64,000 nucleotides of DNA from the human T2T-CHM13v2.0 reference genome, Homo sapiens. The DNA lies in assembly GCF_009914755.1 (NCBI RefSeq), contig NC_060933.1, one strand, 5' to 3'. The notes under the pieces are model-generated. The model ran no database searches, was not told the origin of the DNA, and saw nothing but the letters and a program-made list of their open reading frames with translations. Shown here piece by piece: positions 1 to 14,700 of this stretch. A program made the position numbers and the translations under genes. The first letter of the stretch is position 1; each line of letters begins with the position of its first letter.

Positions 1-3000
1 TCCATTCCATTCCATTCCATTCCTTTCCATTACATTACGGATGATTCCATTCCATTGCATTCCATTCCATTCCATTCCCCTGTACTCGGGTTGATTCCAT
101 TCCATTCCATTCCAATCCATGCCATTCCACTCGTATTGATTCCATTGTTTCCATTCCATTCAAGTTGAATCCATTCCATTGCATTCCATTCCATTCGATT
201 CCATTCGATTGCACTCGGGTTGATTCCATTCCATTGCATTCCATTCCATTCCATTCCATTCCATTCCATTCCATTCCATTCCATTCCGTTCCATTCCATT
301 CCATTACATTCGCATTGATTCTATTCAATTCCCTTACACTCCATTACATTCCATTCCTTTCGGGTAGTTTCCATTCCATTCCATTCCATTCCTCTCCATT
401 CCATTGCACTCGGGTTGATTCCATTCCATTGCATTCCATTCCATACCATTCAATTCCATTCCGTTCCATTCCATTCCATTACATTCGGATTGATTCTATT
501 CAACTCCCTTACTCTCCATTACATTCGATTCCATTCGGGTTGTTCCATTCCATTCCATTCCATTCCACTCCATTCCATTGCACTCAGGTTGATTCCATTC
601 AATTCCATTCCATTCCATTCCATTCCATTCCATTCCGGAAGATTCCATTCCATTGCATTCCATTCCATTCCATTCCCCTGCACTCACGTTGATTCCATTG
701 CATTCCATTCCATTCCATTCCATTCAATTCCTTTCTGTTCCGTTCCATTCCATTCCATTCCATTCCATTCCATTCCGTTCCGTTCTGTTCCATTCCATTC
801 CATTCCATTCTATTCGGGTTAATTCCATTCCATTCCATTCGATTGCAATCGAGTTGATTCCTTGCCATTCCATTCCATTCCATTCCATTCCATTCCATGC
901 CTTTCCATTCCATTACGGATGATTCCATTCCATTGCATTCCATTCCATTGCTTTCCCCTGTACTCGGGTTGATTCCATTCCATTCCATTCCAATCCATGC
1001 CATTCCACTCGTGTTGATTCCATTCTTTCCATTCCATTCAAGTTGAATCCATTCCATTGCTTTCCATTCCATTCCATTCCCCTGTAGTCGGGTTGATTCC
1101 ATTCCATTCCATTCCATTCCATTCCATTCCATTCCATTCCGTTCCGTTCCGTTCCGTTCTGTTCCATTCCATTCCATTCCATTCTATTCGGGTTAATTCC
1201 ATTCCATTCCATTCCATTCATTCCATTCCATTCCATTCCATTCCAATCGAGTTGATTCCATTCCATTCCATTCCATTCCATTCCACTCCATTCCAGTCCT
1301 TTCCATTCCATTCCACTCGGGTTGATTCCAATGTATTCCTTTCCATTCCATTCCATTCCATTGCAATCGAGTTGATTCCATTGCTTTGCATTCCATTCCA
1401 TTCCATTCCATTCCGGATGACTCCATTCCATTGCATTCCATTCCATTGCATTCCCCTGCACTCGGGTTGATTCCATTCCGTTCCACTCCATTCCGTTGCA
1501 TTCCATTCCATTCCATTGTATTCGGGTTAATTCCATTCCATTCCATTCCATTCCATTCCATTCCATTCCAATCGAGTTGATTCCATTCCATTCCATTCCA
1601 TTCCATTCCATTCCATTCCAGTCCTTTCCATTGCATTCCACTCGGGTTGATTCCATTCTATTAGTTTCCATTCCATTCCATTCCCTTCCATTCCACTCTG
1701 GTTGATTCCATTCCTTTCCATTCCACTCGAATACATTCCCTCCTATTCCACTCGGAACGATTCCATTCCATTTCATTCCATTCCATTCCATTCCATTCCA
1801 TTCCATTCCGTTTTGTTCCATTACATTCTATTCCGTATCATTCCATTCCATTCCATTCCATTCCATTCCATTCCATTCCATTCCATTCCACTCGTGTTGA
1901 TTCCATTCCTTTCCATTCCATTCGGTTTGAAGGCTTTCCATTCCATTCCATTCCATTCCATTCCATTCCATTCCATTGTACTCGGGTTGATTCCATTCCA
2001 TTGCATTCCATTCCATTCCATTCCATTCCAATCCGTTGCATTCCATTCCATTACATTCGGATTGATTCTATTCAACTCCCTTACTCTCCATTACATTCCA
2101 TTCCATTCGGGTTGTTCCATTCCATTCCATTCCATTCCACTCCATTCCATTGCACTCGGGTTGATTCCATTCCATTCCATTCCATTCCATTCCATTCCGG
2201 ATGATTCCATTCCATTGCATTCCGTTCCATTACATTCCCCTGCACTCGCGTTTATTCCATTCCATTCCATTCCATTCCATTCCATTCAATTCCATTCCAT
2301 TACAATTCGTTCCATTCCATTCTATTCCGTACCATTCCATTCCATTCCATACCATTCCATTCCATTCCATTCCATTCCATTCCATTCCATTCCATTCCGT
2401 TCCATTCCGTTCCATTCCATTCCATTCCATTCTATTCGGGTTAATTCCATTCCATTCCATTCCATTCCATTCCAATCTATTCCATTCCATTGCAATCGAG
2501 TTGAATCCATTGCATTTCATTCCATTCCATTCCATTCCATTCCATTCCATTCCATTGCAATCGAGTTGAATCCATTGCATTTCATTCCATTCCATTCCAT
2601 TCCAATCCGGAAGATTCCATTCCATTGCATTCCATTCCATTCCATTCCCCTGCACTCCCGATGATTCCTTTCCATTCCATTCCATTCCATTCCATTCCAT
2701 TCCGTTCCGTTCCGTTCCGTTCCATTTCATTCCATTCCATTCCATTCCATTCCGTTCCGTTCCATTCCATTCCATTCCATTCTATTCGGGTTAATTCCAT
2801 TCCATTCCATTCGATTGCAATCGAGTTGATTCCATTCCATTCCATTCCATTCCATTCCATTCCATTCCATTCCAATCGAGTTGATTGCATTCCATTCCAT
2901 TCCATTCCATTCCACTCCTTTCCAGTCCTTTCCATTCCATTCCACTCGGGTTGATTCCATTCTATTCCTTTCCATTCCATTCCATTGCATTGCAATCGAG

Positions 3001-4420
3001 TTGATTCAATAGCTTTGCATTCCATTCCATTCCATTCCATTCCGGATGATTCCATTCCATTGCATTCCATTCCATTCCATTCCCCTGCACTCGGGTTGAT
3101 TCCATTCCATTCCACTCCATTCCGTTCCATTCCATTCCATTCCATCGTATTCGGGTTAATTCCATTCCATGCCATTCCATTCCATTCCATTCCATTCCAT
3201 TCCATTCCATTCTATTACAATCATGTTGATTCCATTCCATTCCATTCCATTCCATTCCATTCCATTCCATTCCATTCCATTCCACTCAGGTTGATTCCAT
3301 TCTATTAGTTTCCATTCCATTCCATTCCCTTCCATTCCACTCTGGTTGATTCCATTCCTTTCCATTCCAATCGAATACATTCCCTCCTATTCCACTCGGA
3401 TCGATTCCATTCCATTCCATTCCATTCCATTCCATTCCATTCCATTCCATTCCATTTCGTTCCATTCATTCTATTCCGTACCATTCCATTCCTTTCCATT
3501 CCATTCCATTCCATTCCACTCTTGTTGATTCCATTCCTTTCCATTCCATTCGGTTTGAAGGCATTCCATTCCATTCAATTCCATTCCATTCCATTCCATT
3601 CCATTCCATTCCATTCCATTGTACTCGGGTTGATTCCATTCCATTCCATTCCATTCCATTCCATTCCATTCCGTTGCATTCCATTCCATTACATTCGGAC
3701 TGATTCTATTCAACTCCCTTACTCTCCATTACATTCCATTCCATTCGGGTTGTTCCATTCCATTCCATTCCATTCCACTCCATTCCATTGCACTCGGGTT
3801 GATTCCATTCCATTCCATTCCATACCGTTGCATTCCATTCCATTCCATTCCATTCCGTTCCATTCCGTTCCATTCCATTCCATTCCATTCTATTCGGGTT
3901 AATTCCATTCCATTCTATTCCATTCCATTCTATTCCATTCTATTGCAATCGAGTTGAATCCATTGCATTTCATGCCATTCCATTCCATTCCATTCCATTC
4001 CGGAAGATTCCATTCCATTGCATTCCATACCATTCCATTTCCCTGCACTCGCGTTGATTCCATTCCATTCCATTCCATTCCAATCCGTTCCGTTCCGTTC
4101 CATTCCATTCTATTCCATTCCATTGCATTCCATTCCGTTCCGTTCCATTCCATTCCATTCCATTCTATTTGGGTTAATTCCATTCCATTCCATTCGATTG
4201 CAATCGAGTTGATTCCATTCCATTCCATTCCATTCCATTCCATTCCTTTCCATTACATTACGGATGATTCCATTCCATTGCATTCCATTCCATTCCATTC
4301 CCCTGTACTCGGGTTGATTCCATTCCATTCCATTCCAATCCATGCCATTCCACTCGTATTGATTCCTTTCTTTCCATTCCATTCAAGTTGAATCCATTCC
4401 ATTGCATTCCATTACATTCG
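1..4420 (+). repeat. Segmental duplicate within the array; partner at ~9790-14400 (offset ~9.78-9.97 kb)
   Basis: Matching ORF translations and rare variants: 819..1037 vs 10597..10815 (offset 9778), 2962..3285 vs 12901..13224 (offset 9939), shared CTCGTATTGATTCCATTGTTT, CACTCACGTTG and CGGACTGATT. Boundaries are approximate. Confidence 0.85.
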
Positions 4421-6480
4421 ATTCCATTCGATTGCACTCGGGTTGATTCCATTCCATTGTATTCCATTCCATTCCATTCCATTCCATTCCATTCCATTCC
4501 ATTCCGTTCCATTCCATTCCATTACATTCGGATTGATTCTATTCAATTCCCTTACACTCCATTACATTCCATTCCATTCGGGTAGTTTCCATTCCATTCC
4601 ATTCCATTCCTCTCCATTCCATTGCACTCGGGTTGATTCCATTACATTGCATTCCATTCGATACCATTCAATTCCATTCCGTTCCATTCCATTCCATTAC
4701 ATTCGGATTGATTCTATTCAACTCCCTTACTCTCCATTACATTCGATTCCATTCGGGTTGTTCCATTCCATTCCATTCCATTCCTCTCCATTCCATTGCA
4801 CTCGGGTTGATTCCATTCCATTCCATTCCATTCCGGAAGATTCCATTCCATTGCATTCCATTAAATTCCATTCCCCTGTACTCGCGTTGATTCCATTCCA
4901 TTCCATTCCATTCCTTTGCATTCCATTGCATTCCATTGCATTCCATTCCCCTGCACTCAGGTTGATTCCATTCCATTCCATTCCATTCCATTCCATTCTA
5001 TTCGCGTTAATGCCATTCCACTCCATTCCATTACATTCCATTGCAATCGACTTGATTCCATTCCATTCCATTCCATTCCATTCCATTCCATTCCATTCCA
5101 TTCCCTTCCATTCCACTCTGGTTGATTCCATTGCTTTCCATTCTACTCGATTGCATTCCCTTCTATTCCACTCGGATTGATTCCATTCCATTCCGTTCCA
5201 TTCCATTCCATTTCGTTCCATTCCATTCTATTCCATTCCATTCCATTCCATTCCTTTCCATTCCATTCCGTTCCATTCCATTCCATTCCATTCCATTTGT
5301 TTCCATTCCATTCTATTCCATACCATTCCATTCCATTCCGTTCCATGCCATTCCACTCGGGTTGATTCCATTGCTTTCCATTCCATTTGGGTTGAATCCA
5401 TTCCATTCCATTCCATTCCATTCCATTCCATTCCATTCCATTCCATTCCGTTCCATTCCATTCCATTATATTCTTATTGATTGTATTCAATTCCCTTACA
5501 CTCCATTACATTCCATTCCATTCGGGTTGTTTCCATTCCATTCCATTCCATTCCACTCCATTCCATTGCAGTCGGGTTGATTCCATCCCATTCCATTCCA
5601 TTCCCTTCCATTCCATTTCGTTCCATTCCATTCTATTCCATACCATTCCATTCCATTCCATTCCATTCCATTCCATTCCATTCCATGCCATTCCACTCGG
5701 GTTGATTCCTTTCCATTCCATTCCATTCGGGTTGAAACCATTCCATTCCATTCAATTCCATTCCATTTCGGATGATTGCATTCCATTGCCTTCCATTCAA
5801 TTGCATTCCCCTGCACCCGGGTTGATTCCATTCAATTCCATTCCATTCCATTCCGTTCCATTCCATTCCATACCATTCCATTCCATTCCATTCCATTCTA
5901 TTTGGGTTAATTCCATTCCATTCCATTCCATTCCATTCAGTTTCATTGCAATCGGGTTGATTCCATTCCGTTCCATTCCATTGCAATCCATTCCATTCCA
6001 TTCCATTCCATTCCATTCAACTCGGGTTGATTCCATTCCTTTCCATTCCATTCGGGGTGAAGCCTTTCCATTCCATTCCATTCCTTTCGATTCCATTCCA
6101 TTGCACTCGGGTTGATCCCATTCCTTTGCATTCCATTCCATTCCATTCCATTCCATTCCATTCCGTTCCATTCAATTCCATTACATTCGGATTGATTCTA
6201 TTCAATTCCCTTACAATCCATCACATTCCATTCCATTCGGGTTGTTTCCACTCCTTTCCATTCCACTCAATTCCATTCCATTCCATTCCATTCCCGTATG
6301 ATTAAATTCCATTGCATTCTATTCCATTCCATTCCCCTGCACTCGGGTGGATTCCATTCTATTCCATTCCATTCCATTCCATTCCATTCCATTCCATTGA
6401 AATCGAGTTGATTCCATTCCATTCCATTCCATTCAATTCCATTCCATTCCATTCTATTCGGGTTAATTCCATTCCATTCC
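4200..6480 (+). repeat. Segmental duplicate within the array; partner at ~16660-18945 (offset ~12.46 kb)
   Basis: ORFs 4737..4991 and 17195..17449 are identical (offset 12458), as are 6017..6205 and 18480..18668 (offset 12463). Shared rare variants include CCATTAAATTCC, ATCGACTTG and GGGGTGAAGCC. Confidence 0.85.
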
Positions 6481-7884
6481 ATTCCATTCCATTCCATTCC
6501 ATTCCGGATGATTCCATTGCATTGCATTCCATTCCATTCCTTTCCCCTGCACTCGGGATGATTCCATTCGATTCTATTGCATTACATTCCGTTCCATTTC
6601 ATTCTATTCGGGTTAATTCCATTCCATTGCCTTCCACTCCATTCCAGTCCTTTCCATTCCATTCCACTCGGGTTGATTCCATTCTATTCCTTTCCATTCC
6701 ATTCCATTCCATTGCAATCGAGTTGATTCCATTCGAGTTGAATCCATTCCATTCCATTCCATTCCATTGCACACGGGTTCATTCCATTCCATTCCATTCC
6801 ATTCCATTCCATTCCATTTCATTCCATTCCATTCTATTCCGTACCATTCCATTCCATCCCATTCCATTCCGTTCCATTCCATGCCATTACACTCGGGTTG
6901 ATTCCATTCCTTTCCATTCCATTCTTGTTGAATCCATTCCATTCCATTCCATTCCATTCGAATCCATTCCATTGCACTCGGGTTGATTCCATTCCATTCC
7001 ATTCCATTCCATTTCATTCCATTCCATTCCATTACATTCGGATTGATTCTATTCAATTCCCTTACACTCCATTACATTCCATTCCTTTCGGGATGTTTCC
7101 ATTCCATTCCATTCCATTCCACTCCATTCCATTGCATAAGGTTGATGGCATTCCATTCCATTCCATTCCATTCCATTCCGGATGATTCCATTCCATTGCA
7201 TTCCATTCCATTCCATTCCCCTGCACTCGGGTTGATTCCATTCCATTCCATTCCATTCCATTCCATTCCATTCCGTTCCATTCCATTCCATTCCATTCTA
7301 TTCCGGTTAATTCCATTCCATTACATTCGATTCCATTCCATTCCTTTCCATTCCATTGCAATCGAGTTGATTCCATTCCATTCCATTCCATTCCGTTCCG
7401 GATGATTCCATTCCATTCCATTCCATTCCATTCCATTCCATTCCATTCACCTGCAGTCGGGTTGATTCCATTCCATTCCATTCCATTCCATTCCATTCCA
7501 TTCCATTCCATTCCATTTCGTTCCATTCCATTCCATTCCATTCTATTCGGGTGAATTCCATTCCATTCCATTCCATTCCATTCCATTCCATTCCATTCCA
7601 TTCCAGTCCTTTCCAGTCCTTTCCATTCCATTACACTCGGGTGATTCCATTCTATTCCTTTCCATTCCATTCCATTCCATTGCAATCGAGTTGATTCCAT
7701 TGCTTTGCATTCCATTCCATTCCATTCCATTCCGGATGATTCCATTCCGTTGCATTCCTTTCCATTACATTCCCCTGCACTCGTGTTTATTCCATTCCAT
7801 TCCATTCCATTACATTCGATTCCATTCCATTCCCCTGCACTCGCGTTGATTCCATTCCATTCCATTCCATTCCATTCCATTCCA

Positions 7885-8640
7885 TTCCTTTCCGTTCCAT
7901 TCCATTCCATTCCATTCCATTCCATTCCGTTCCGTTCCATTCCATTCCATTCCATTCTATTCGCGTTAATTCCATTCCATTCCATTCGATTGCAATCGAG
8001 TTGATTCCATTCCATTCCATTCCATTCCATTCCATTCCATTCCTTTCCATTCCATTACGGATGATTCTATTCCATTGCATTCCATTCCATTCCATTCCCC
8101 TGTACTCGGGTTGATTCCATTGCATTCCATTCCATTCCATTCCCCTGCAGTTGGGTTGATTCCATTCCATTCCATTCCATTCCATTCCATTCCGTTCCGT
8201 TCCGTTCCGTTCCATTCCATTCCATTCCATTCTATTCGGGTTAATTCCATTCCATTCCATTCCATTCCATTCCTTTCCGTTCCATTCCATTCCATTCCAT
8301 TCCATTCCGTTCCGTTCCATTCCATTCCATTCCATTCTATTCGCGTTAATTCCATTCCACTCCATTCGATTGCAATCGAGTTGATTCCATTCCATTCCAT
8401 TCCATTCCATTCCATTCCATTCCATTCCATTACGGATGATTCTATTCCATTGCATTCCATTCCATTCCATTCCCCTGTACTCGGGTTGATTCCATTGCAT
8501 TCCATTCCATTCCATTCCCCTGCAGTCGGGTTGATTCCATTCCATTCCATTCCATTCCATTCCATTCCATTCCATTCCGTTCCGTTCTGTTCCATTCCAT
8601 TCCATTCCATTGTACTCGGGTTAATTCCATTCCATTCCAT
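7885..8640 (+). repeat. ~375-380 bp tandem duplication (2 copies)
   Basis: TCGCGTTAAT at 7961 and 8341; CGGATGATTCTATT...CCCCTGTACTCGGG...CCCCTGCAGT repeated, with TGTAC at 8101 and 8476. Confidence 0.75.
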
Positions 8641-11380
8641 TCCATTCCTTTCCATTCCATTCCAATCGAGTTGATTCCATTCCATTCCATTCCATTCCAT
8701 TCCATTCCATTCCAGTCCTTTCCATTCCATTCCACTCGGTTTGATTCCAATGTATTCCTTTCCATTCCATTCCATTCCATTGCAATCGAGTTGATTCCAT
8801 TGCTTTGCATTCCATTCCATTCCATTCCATTCCGGATGACTCCATTCCATTGCATTCCATTCCATTGCATTCCCCTGCACTCGGGTTGATTCCATTCCAT
8901 TCCACTCCATTCCTTTGCATTTCATTCCATTCCATTGTAGTCGGGTTAATTCCATTCCATTCCATTCCATTCCATTCCATTCCATTCCATTCCATTACAA
9001 TCGAGTTGATTCCATTCCATTCCATTCCATTCCATTCCAGTCCTTTCCATTCCATTCCACTCGGGTTGATTCCATTCTATTCGTTTCCATTCCATTCCAT
9101 TCCCTTCCATTCCACTCTGGTTGATTCCATTCCTTTCCATTCCACTCGAATACATTCCCTCTTTTCCACTCGGAACGATTCCATTCCATTCCATTCCATT
9201 CCACTCCATTCCATTCCATTCGATTTCGTTCCATTCCATTCTATTCCGTATCATTCCATTCCATTCCATTCCATTCCATTCCATTCCACTCGTGTTGATT
9301 CCATTCCTTTCCATTCCATTCGGTTTGAAGGCTTTCCATTCCATTCCATTCCATTCCATTCCATTCCATTGTACTCGGTTTGATTCCATTCCATTGCATT
9401 CCATTCCATTCCATTCCATTCCAATCCATTGCATTCCATTCCATTACATTCGGATTGATTCTATTCAACTCCCTTACTCTCCATTACATTCCATTCCATT
9501 CGGGTTGTTCCATTCCATTCCATTCCATTCCACTCCATTCCATTGCACTCGGGTTGATTCCATTCCATTCCATTCCATTCCATTCCATTCCGGATGATTC
9601 CATTCCACTGCATTCCGTTCCATTACATTCCCCTGCACTCGCGTTGATTCCATTCCATTCCACTCCATTCCTTTCCATTCCATTCCGTTCCGTTCCATTC
9701 CATTCCATTCCATTCTATTTGGGATAATTCCATTCCATTCCATTCGATTGCAATCGAGTTGATTCCATTCCATTCCATTCCATTCCATTCCATTCCATTC
9801 CATTCCTTTCCATTACATTACGGATGATTCCATTCCATTGCATTCCATTCCATTCCATTCCCCTGTACTCGGGTTGATTCCATTCCATTCCATTCCAATC
9901 CATGCCATTCCACTCGTATTGATTCCATTGTTTCCATTCCATTCAAGTTGAATCCATTCCATTGCATTCCATTCCATTCGATTCCATTCGATTGCACTCG
10001 GGTTGATTCCATTCCATTGCATTCCATTCCATTCCATTCCATTCCATTCCATTCCATTCCATTCCGTTCCATTCCATTCCATTACATTCGGATTGTTTCT
10101 ATTCAATTCCCTTACACTCCATTACATTCCATTCCTTTCGGGTAGTTTCCATTCCATTCCATTCCATTCCTCTCCATTCCATTGCACTCGCGTTGATTCC
10201 ATTCCATTGCATTCCATTCCATACCATTCAATTCCATTCCATTCCATTCCATTCCATTACATTCGGATTGATTCTATTCAACTCCCTTACTCTCCATTAC
10301 ATTCGATTCCATTCGGGTTGTTCCATTCCATTCCATTCCACTCCATTCCATTGCACTCAGGTTGATTCCATTCAATTCCATTCCATTCCATTCCATTCCA
10401 TTCCATTCCGGAAGATTCCATTCCATTGCATTCCATTCCATTCCATTCCCCTGCACTCACGTTGATTCCATTCCATTCCATTCCATTCCATTCCATTCCA
10501 TTCAATTCCTTTCCGTTCCACTCCATTCCATTCCATTCCATTCCATTCCATTCCGTTCCGTTCTGTTCCATTCCATTCCATTCCATTCTATTCGGGTTAA
10601 TTCCATTCCATTCCATTCGATTGCAATCGAGTTGATTCCATGCCATTCCATTCCATTCCATTCCATTCGATTCCATGCCTTTCCATTCCATTACGGATGA
10701 TTCCATTCCATTGCATTCCATTCCATTCCTTTCCCCTGTACTCGGGTTGATTCCATTCCATTCCATTCCAATCCATGCCATTCCACTCGTGTTGATTCCA
10801 TTCTTTCCATTCCATTCAAGTTGAATCCATTCCATTGCTTTCCATTCCATTCCATTCCCCTGTAGTCGGGTTGATTCCATTCCATTCCTTTCCATTCCAT
10901 TCCATTCCATTCCATTCCGTTCCGTTCCGTTCCGTTCCGTTCCATTCCATTCCATTCTATTCGGGTTAATTCCATTCCATTCCATTCCATTCCATTCCAT
11001 TCCATTCCATTCCAATCGAGTTGATTCCATTCCATTCCATTCCATTCCATTCCACTCCATTCCAGTCCTTTCCATTCCATTCCACTCGGGTTGATTCCAA
11101 TGTATTCCTTTCCATTCCATTCCATTCCATTGCAATCGAGTTGATTCCATTGCTTTGCATTCCATTCCATTCCATTCCATTCCGGATGACTCCATTCCAT
11201 TGCATTCCATTCCATTGCATTCCCCTGCACTCGGGTTGATTCCATTCCGTTCCACTCCATTCCGTTGCATTCCATTCCATTCCATTGTATTCGGGTTAAT
11301 TCCATTCCATTCCATTCCATTCCATTCCATTCCAATCGAGTTGATTCCATTCCATTCCATTCCATTCCATTCCATTCCAT

Positions 11381-11720
11381 TCCAGTCCTTTCCATTGCAT
11401 TCCACTCGGGTTGATTCCATTCTATTAGTTTCCATTCCATTCCATTCCCTTCCATTCCACTCTGGTTGATTCCATTCCTTTCCATTCCACTCGAATACAT
11501 TCCCTCCTATTCCACTCGGAACGATTCCATTCCATTTCATTCCATTCCATTCCAGTCCTTTCCATTGCATTCCACTCGGGTTGATTCCATTCTATTAGTT
11601 TCCATTCCATTCCATTCCCTTCCATTCCACTCTGGTTGATTCCATTCCTTTCCATTCCACTCGAATACATTCCCTCCTATTCCACTCGGAACGATTCCAT
11701 TCCATTTCATTCCATTCCAT
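11381..11720 (+). repeat. 170 bp tandem duplication (2 copies)
   Basis: TCCAGTCCTTTCCATTGCAT...CTATTAGTT...CTCTGGTTG...GAATACATTCCCTCCTAT...GGAACGATTCCATTCCATTTCAT starts at 11381 and again at 11551. The paralogous block at ~1617-1790 has one copy. Confidence 0.9.
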
Positions 11721-14700
11721 TCCATTCCATTCCATTCCATTCCATTTCGTTCCATTCCATTCTATTCCGTATCATTCCATTCCATTCCATTCCATTCCAT
11801 TCCATTCCATTCCATTCCACTCGTGTTGATTCCATTCCTTTCCATTCCATTCGGTTTGAAGGCTTTCCATTCCATTCCATTCCATTCCATTCCATTCCAT
11901 TCCATTCCATTGTACTCGGGTTGATTCCATTCCATTGCATTCCATTCCATTCCATTCCATTCCAATCCGTTGCATTCCATTCCATTACATTCGGATTGAT
12001 TCTATTCAACTCCCTTACTCTCCATTACATTCCATTCCATTCGGGTTGTTCCATTCCATTCCATTCCATTCCACTCCATTCCATTGCACTCGGGTTGATT
12101 CCATTCCATTCCATTCCATTCCATTCCATTCCATTCCATTCCGGATGATTCCATTCCATTGCATTCCGTTCCATTACATTCCCCTGCACTCGCGTTGATT
12201 CCATTCCATTCCATTCCATTCCATTCCATTCAATTCCATTCCATTACAATTCGTTCCATTCCATTCTATTCCGTACCATTCCATTCCATTCCATAACATT
12301 CCATTCCATTCCATTCCATTCCATTCCATTCCTTTCCATTCCGTTCCATTCCATTCCATTCCATTCTATTCGGGTTTATTCCATTCCATTCCATTCCATT
12401 CCATTCCATTCCATTCCAATCTATTCCATTCCATTGCAATCGAGTTGAATCCATTGCATTTCATTCCATTCCATTCCATTCCATTCCATTCCATTGCAAT
12501 CGAGTTGAATCCATTGCATTTCATTCCATTCCATTCCATTCCATTCCATTCCGGAAGATTCCATTCCATTGCATTCCATTCCATTCCATTCCCCTGCACT
12601 CGCGATGATTCCTTTCCATTCCATTCCATTTCATTCCATTCCATTCCGTTCCGTTCCGTTCCATTTCATTTCATTCCATTCCATTCCATTCCGTTCCGTT
12701 CCATTCCATTCCATTCCATTCTATTCGGGTTAATTCCATTCCATTCCATTCGATTGCAATCGAGTTGATTCCATTCCATTCCATTCCATTCCATTCCATT
12801 GCATTCCATTCCAATCGAGTTGATTGCATTCCATTCCATTCCATTCCATTCCACTCCATTCCAGTCCTTTCCATTCCATTCCACTCGGGTTGATTCCATT
12901 CTATTCCTTTCCATTCCATTCCATTCCATTGCAATCGAGTTGATTCAATTGCTTTGCATTCCATTCCATTCCATTCCATTCCGGATGATTCCATTCCATT
13001 GCATTCCATTCCATTCCATTCCCCTGCACTCGGGTTGATTCCATTCCATTCCACTCCATTCCGTTCCATTCCATTCCATTCCATTGTATTCGGGTTAATT
13101 CCATTCCATGCCATTCCATTCCATTCCATTCCATTCCATTCCATTCTATTACAATCGAGTTGATTCCATTCCGTTCCATTCCATTGCATTCCATTCCATT
13201 CCATTCCAGTCCTTTCCATTCCATTCCACTCGGGTTGATTCCATTCTATTAGTTTCCATTCCATTCCATTCCCTTCCATTCCACTCTGGTTGATTCCATT
13301 CCTTTCCATTACAATCGAATAAATTCCCTCCTATTCCACTCGGATCGATTCCATTCCATTCCATTCCATTCCATTCCATTCCATTCCATTCCATTCCATT
13401 TCGTTCCATTCCATTCTATTCCGTACCATTCCATTCCATTCCATTCCTTTCCATTCCATTCCATTCCATTCCACTCTTGTTGATTCCATTCCTTTCCATT
13501 CCATTCGGTTTGAAGGCATTCCATTCCATTCAATTCCATTCCATTCCATTCCATTCCATTCCATTCCATTCCATTCCATTCCATTGTACTCGGGTTGATT
13601 CCATTCCATTCCATTCCATTCCATTCCATTCCATACCATTCCGTTGCATTCCATTCCATTACATTCGGACTGATTCTATTCAACTCCCTTACTCTCCATT
13701 ACATTCCATTCCATTCGGGTTGTTCCATTCCATTCCATTCCATTCCACTCCATTCCATTGCACTCGGGTTGATTCCATTCCATTCCATTCCATACCATTC
13801 CATTCCATTCCATTCCATTCCATTCCGTTCCATTCCGTTCCATTCCATTCCATTCCATTCTATTCGGGTTAATTCCATTCCATTCCATTCCATTCCATTC
13901 TATTCCATTCCATTGCAATCGAGTTGAATCCATTGCATTTCATTCCATTCCATTCCATTCCATTCCATTCCGGAAGATTCCATTCCATTGCATTCCATAC
14001 CATTCCATTGCCCTGCACTCGCGTTGATTCCATTCCATTCCATTCCATTCCATTCCATTCCATTCCATTCCATTCCTTTCCGTTCCATTCCATTCCATTC
14101 CATTCCATTCCAATCCATTCCATTCCGTTCCGTTCCATTCCATTCCATTCCATTCCATTCTATTCGGGTTAATTCCATTCCATTCCGTTCGATTGCAATC
14201 GAGTTGATTCCATTCCATTCCATTCCATTCCATTCCATTCCTTTCCATTCCATTACGGATAATTCCATTCCATTGCATTCCATTCCATTCCATTCCTCTG
14301 TACTCGGGTTGATTCCATTCCATTCCATTCCAATCCATGCCATTCCACTCGTGTTGATTCCATTCTTTCCATTTCATTCAAGTTGAATCCATTCCTTTGC
14401 ATTCCATTCCATTCCATTCCCCTGCAGTCGTGTTGTTTCCATTCCATTCCATTCCATTCCCCTGCTGTCGGGTTGTTTCCATTCCATTCCATTCCATTCC
14501 ATTCCATTCCATTCCATTCCATTCCGTTCCGTTCCGTTCCATTCCATTCCATGCCATTCTATTCGGTTTAATTCCATTCCATTGCATTCCATTCCATTCC
14601 ATTCCATTCCAATCGAGTTGATTCCATTCCATTCCATTCCATTCCACTCCATTCCAGTCCTTTCCATTCCATTCCACTCGGGTTGATTCCAATGTATTCC

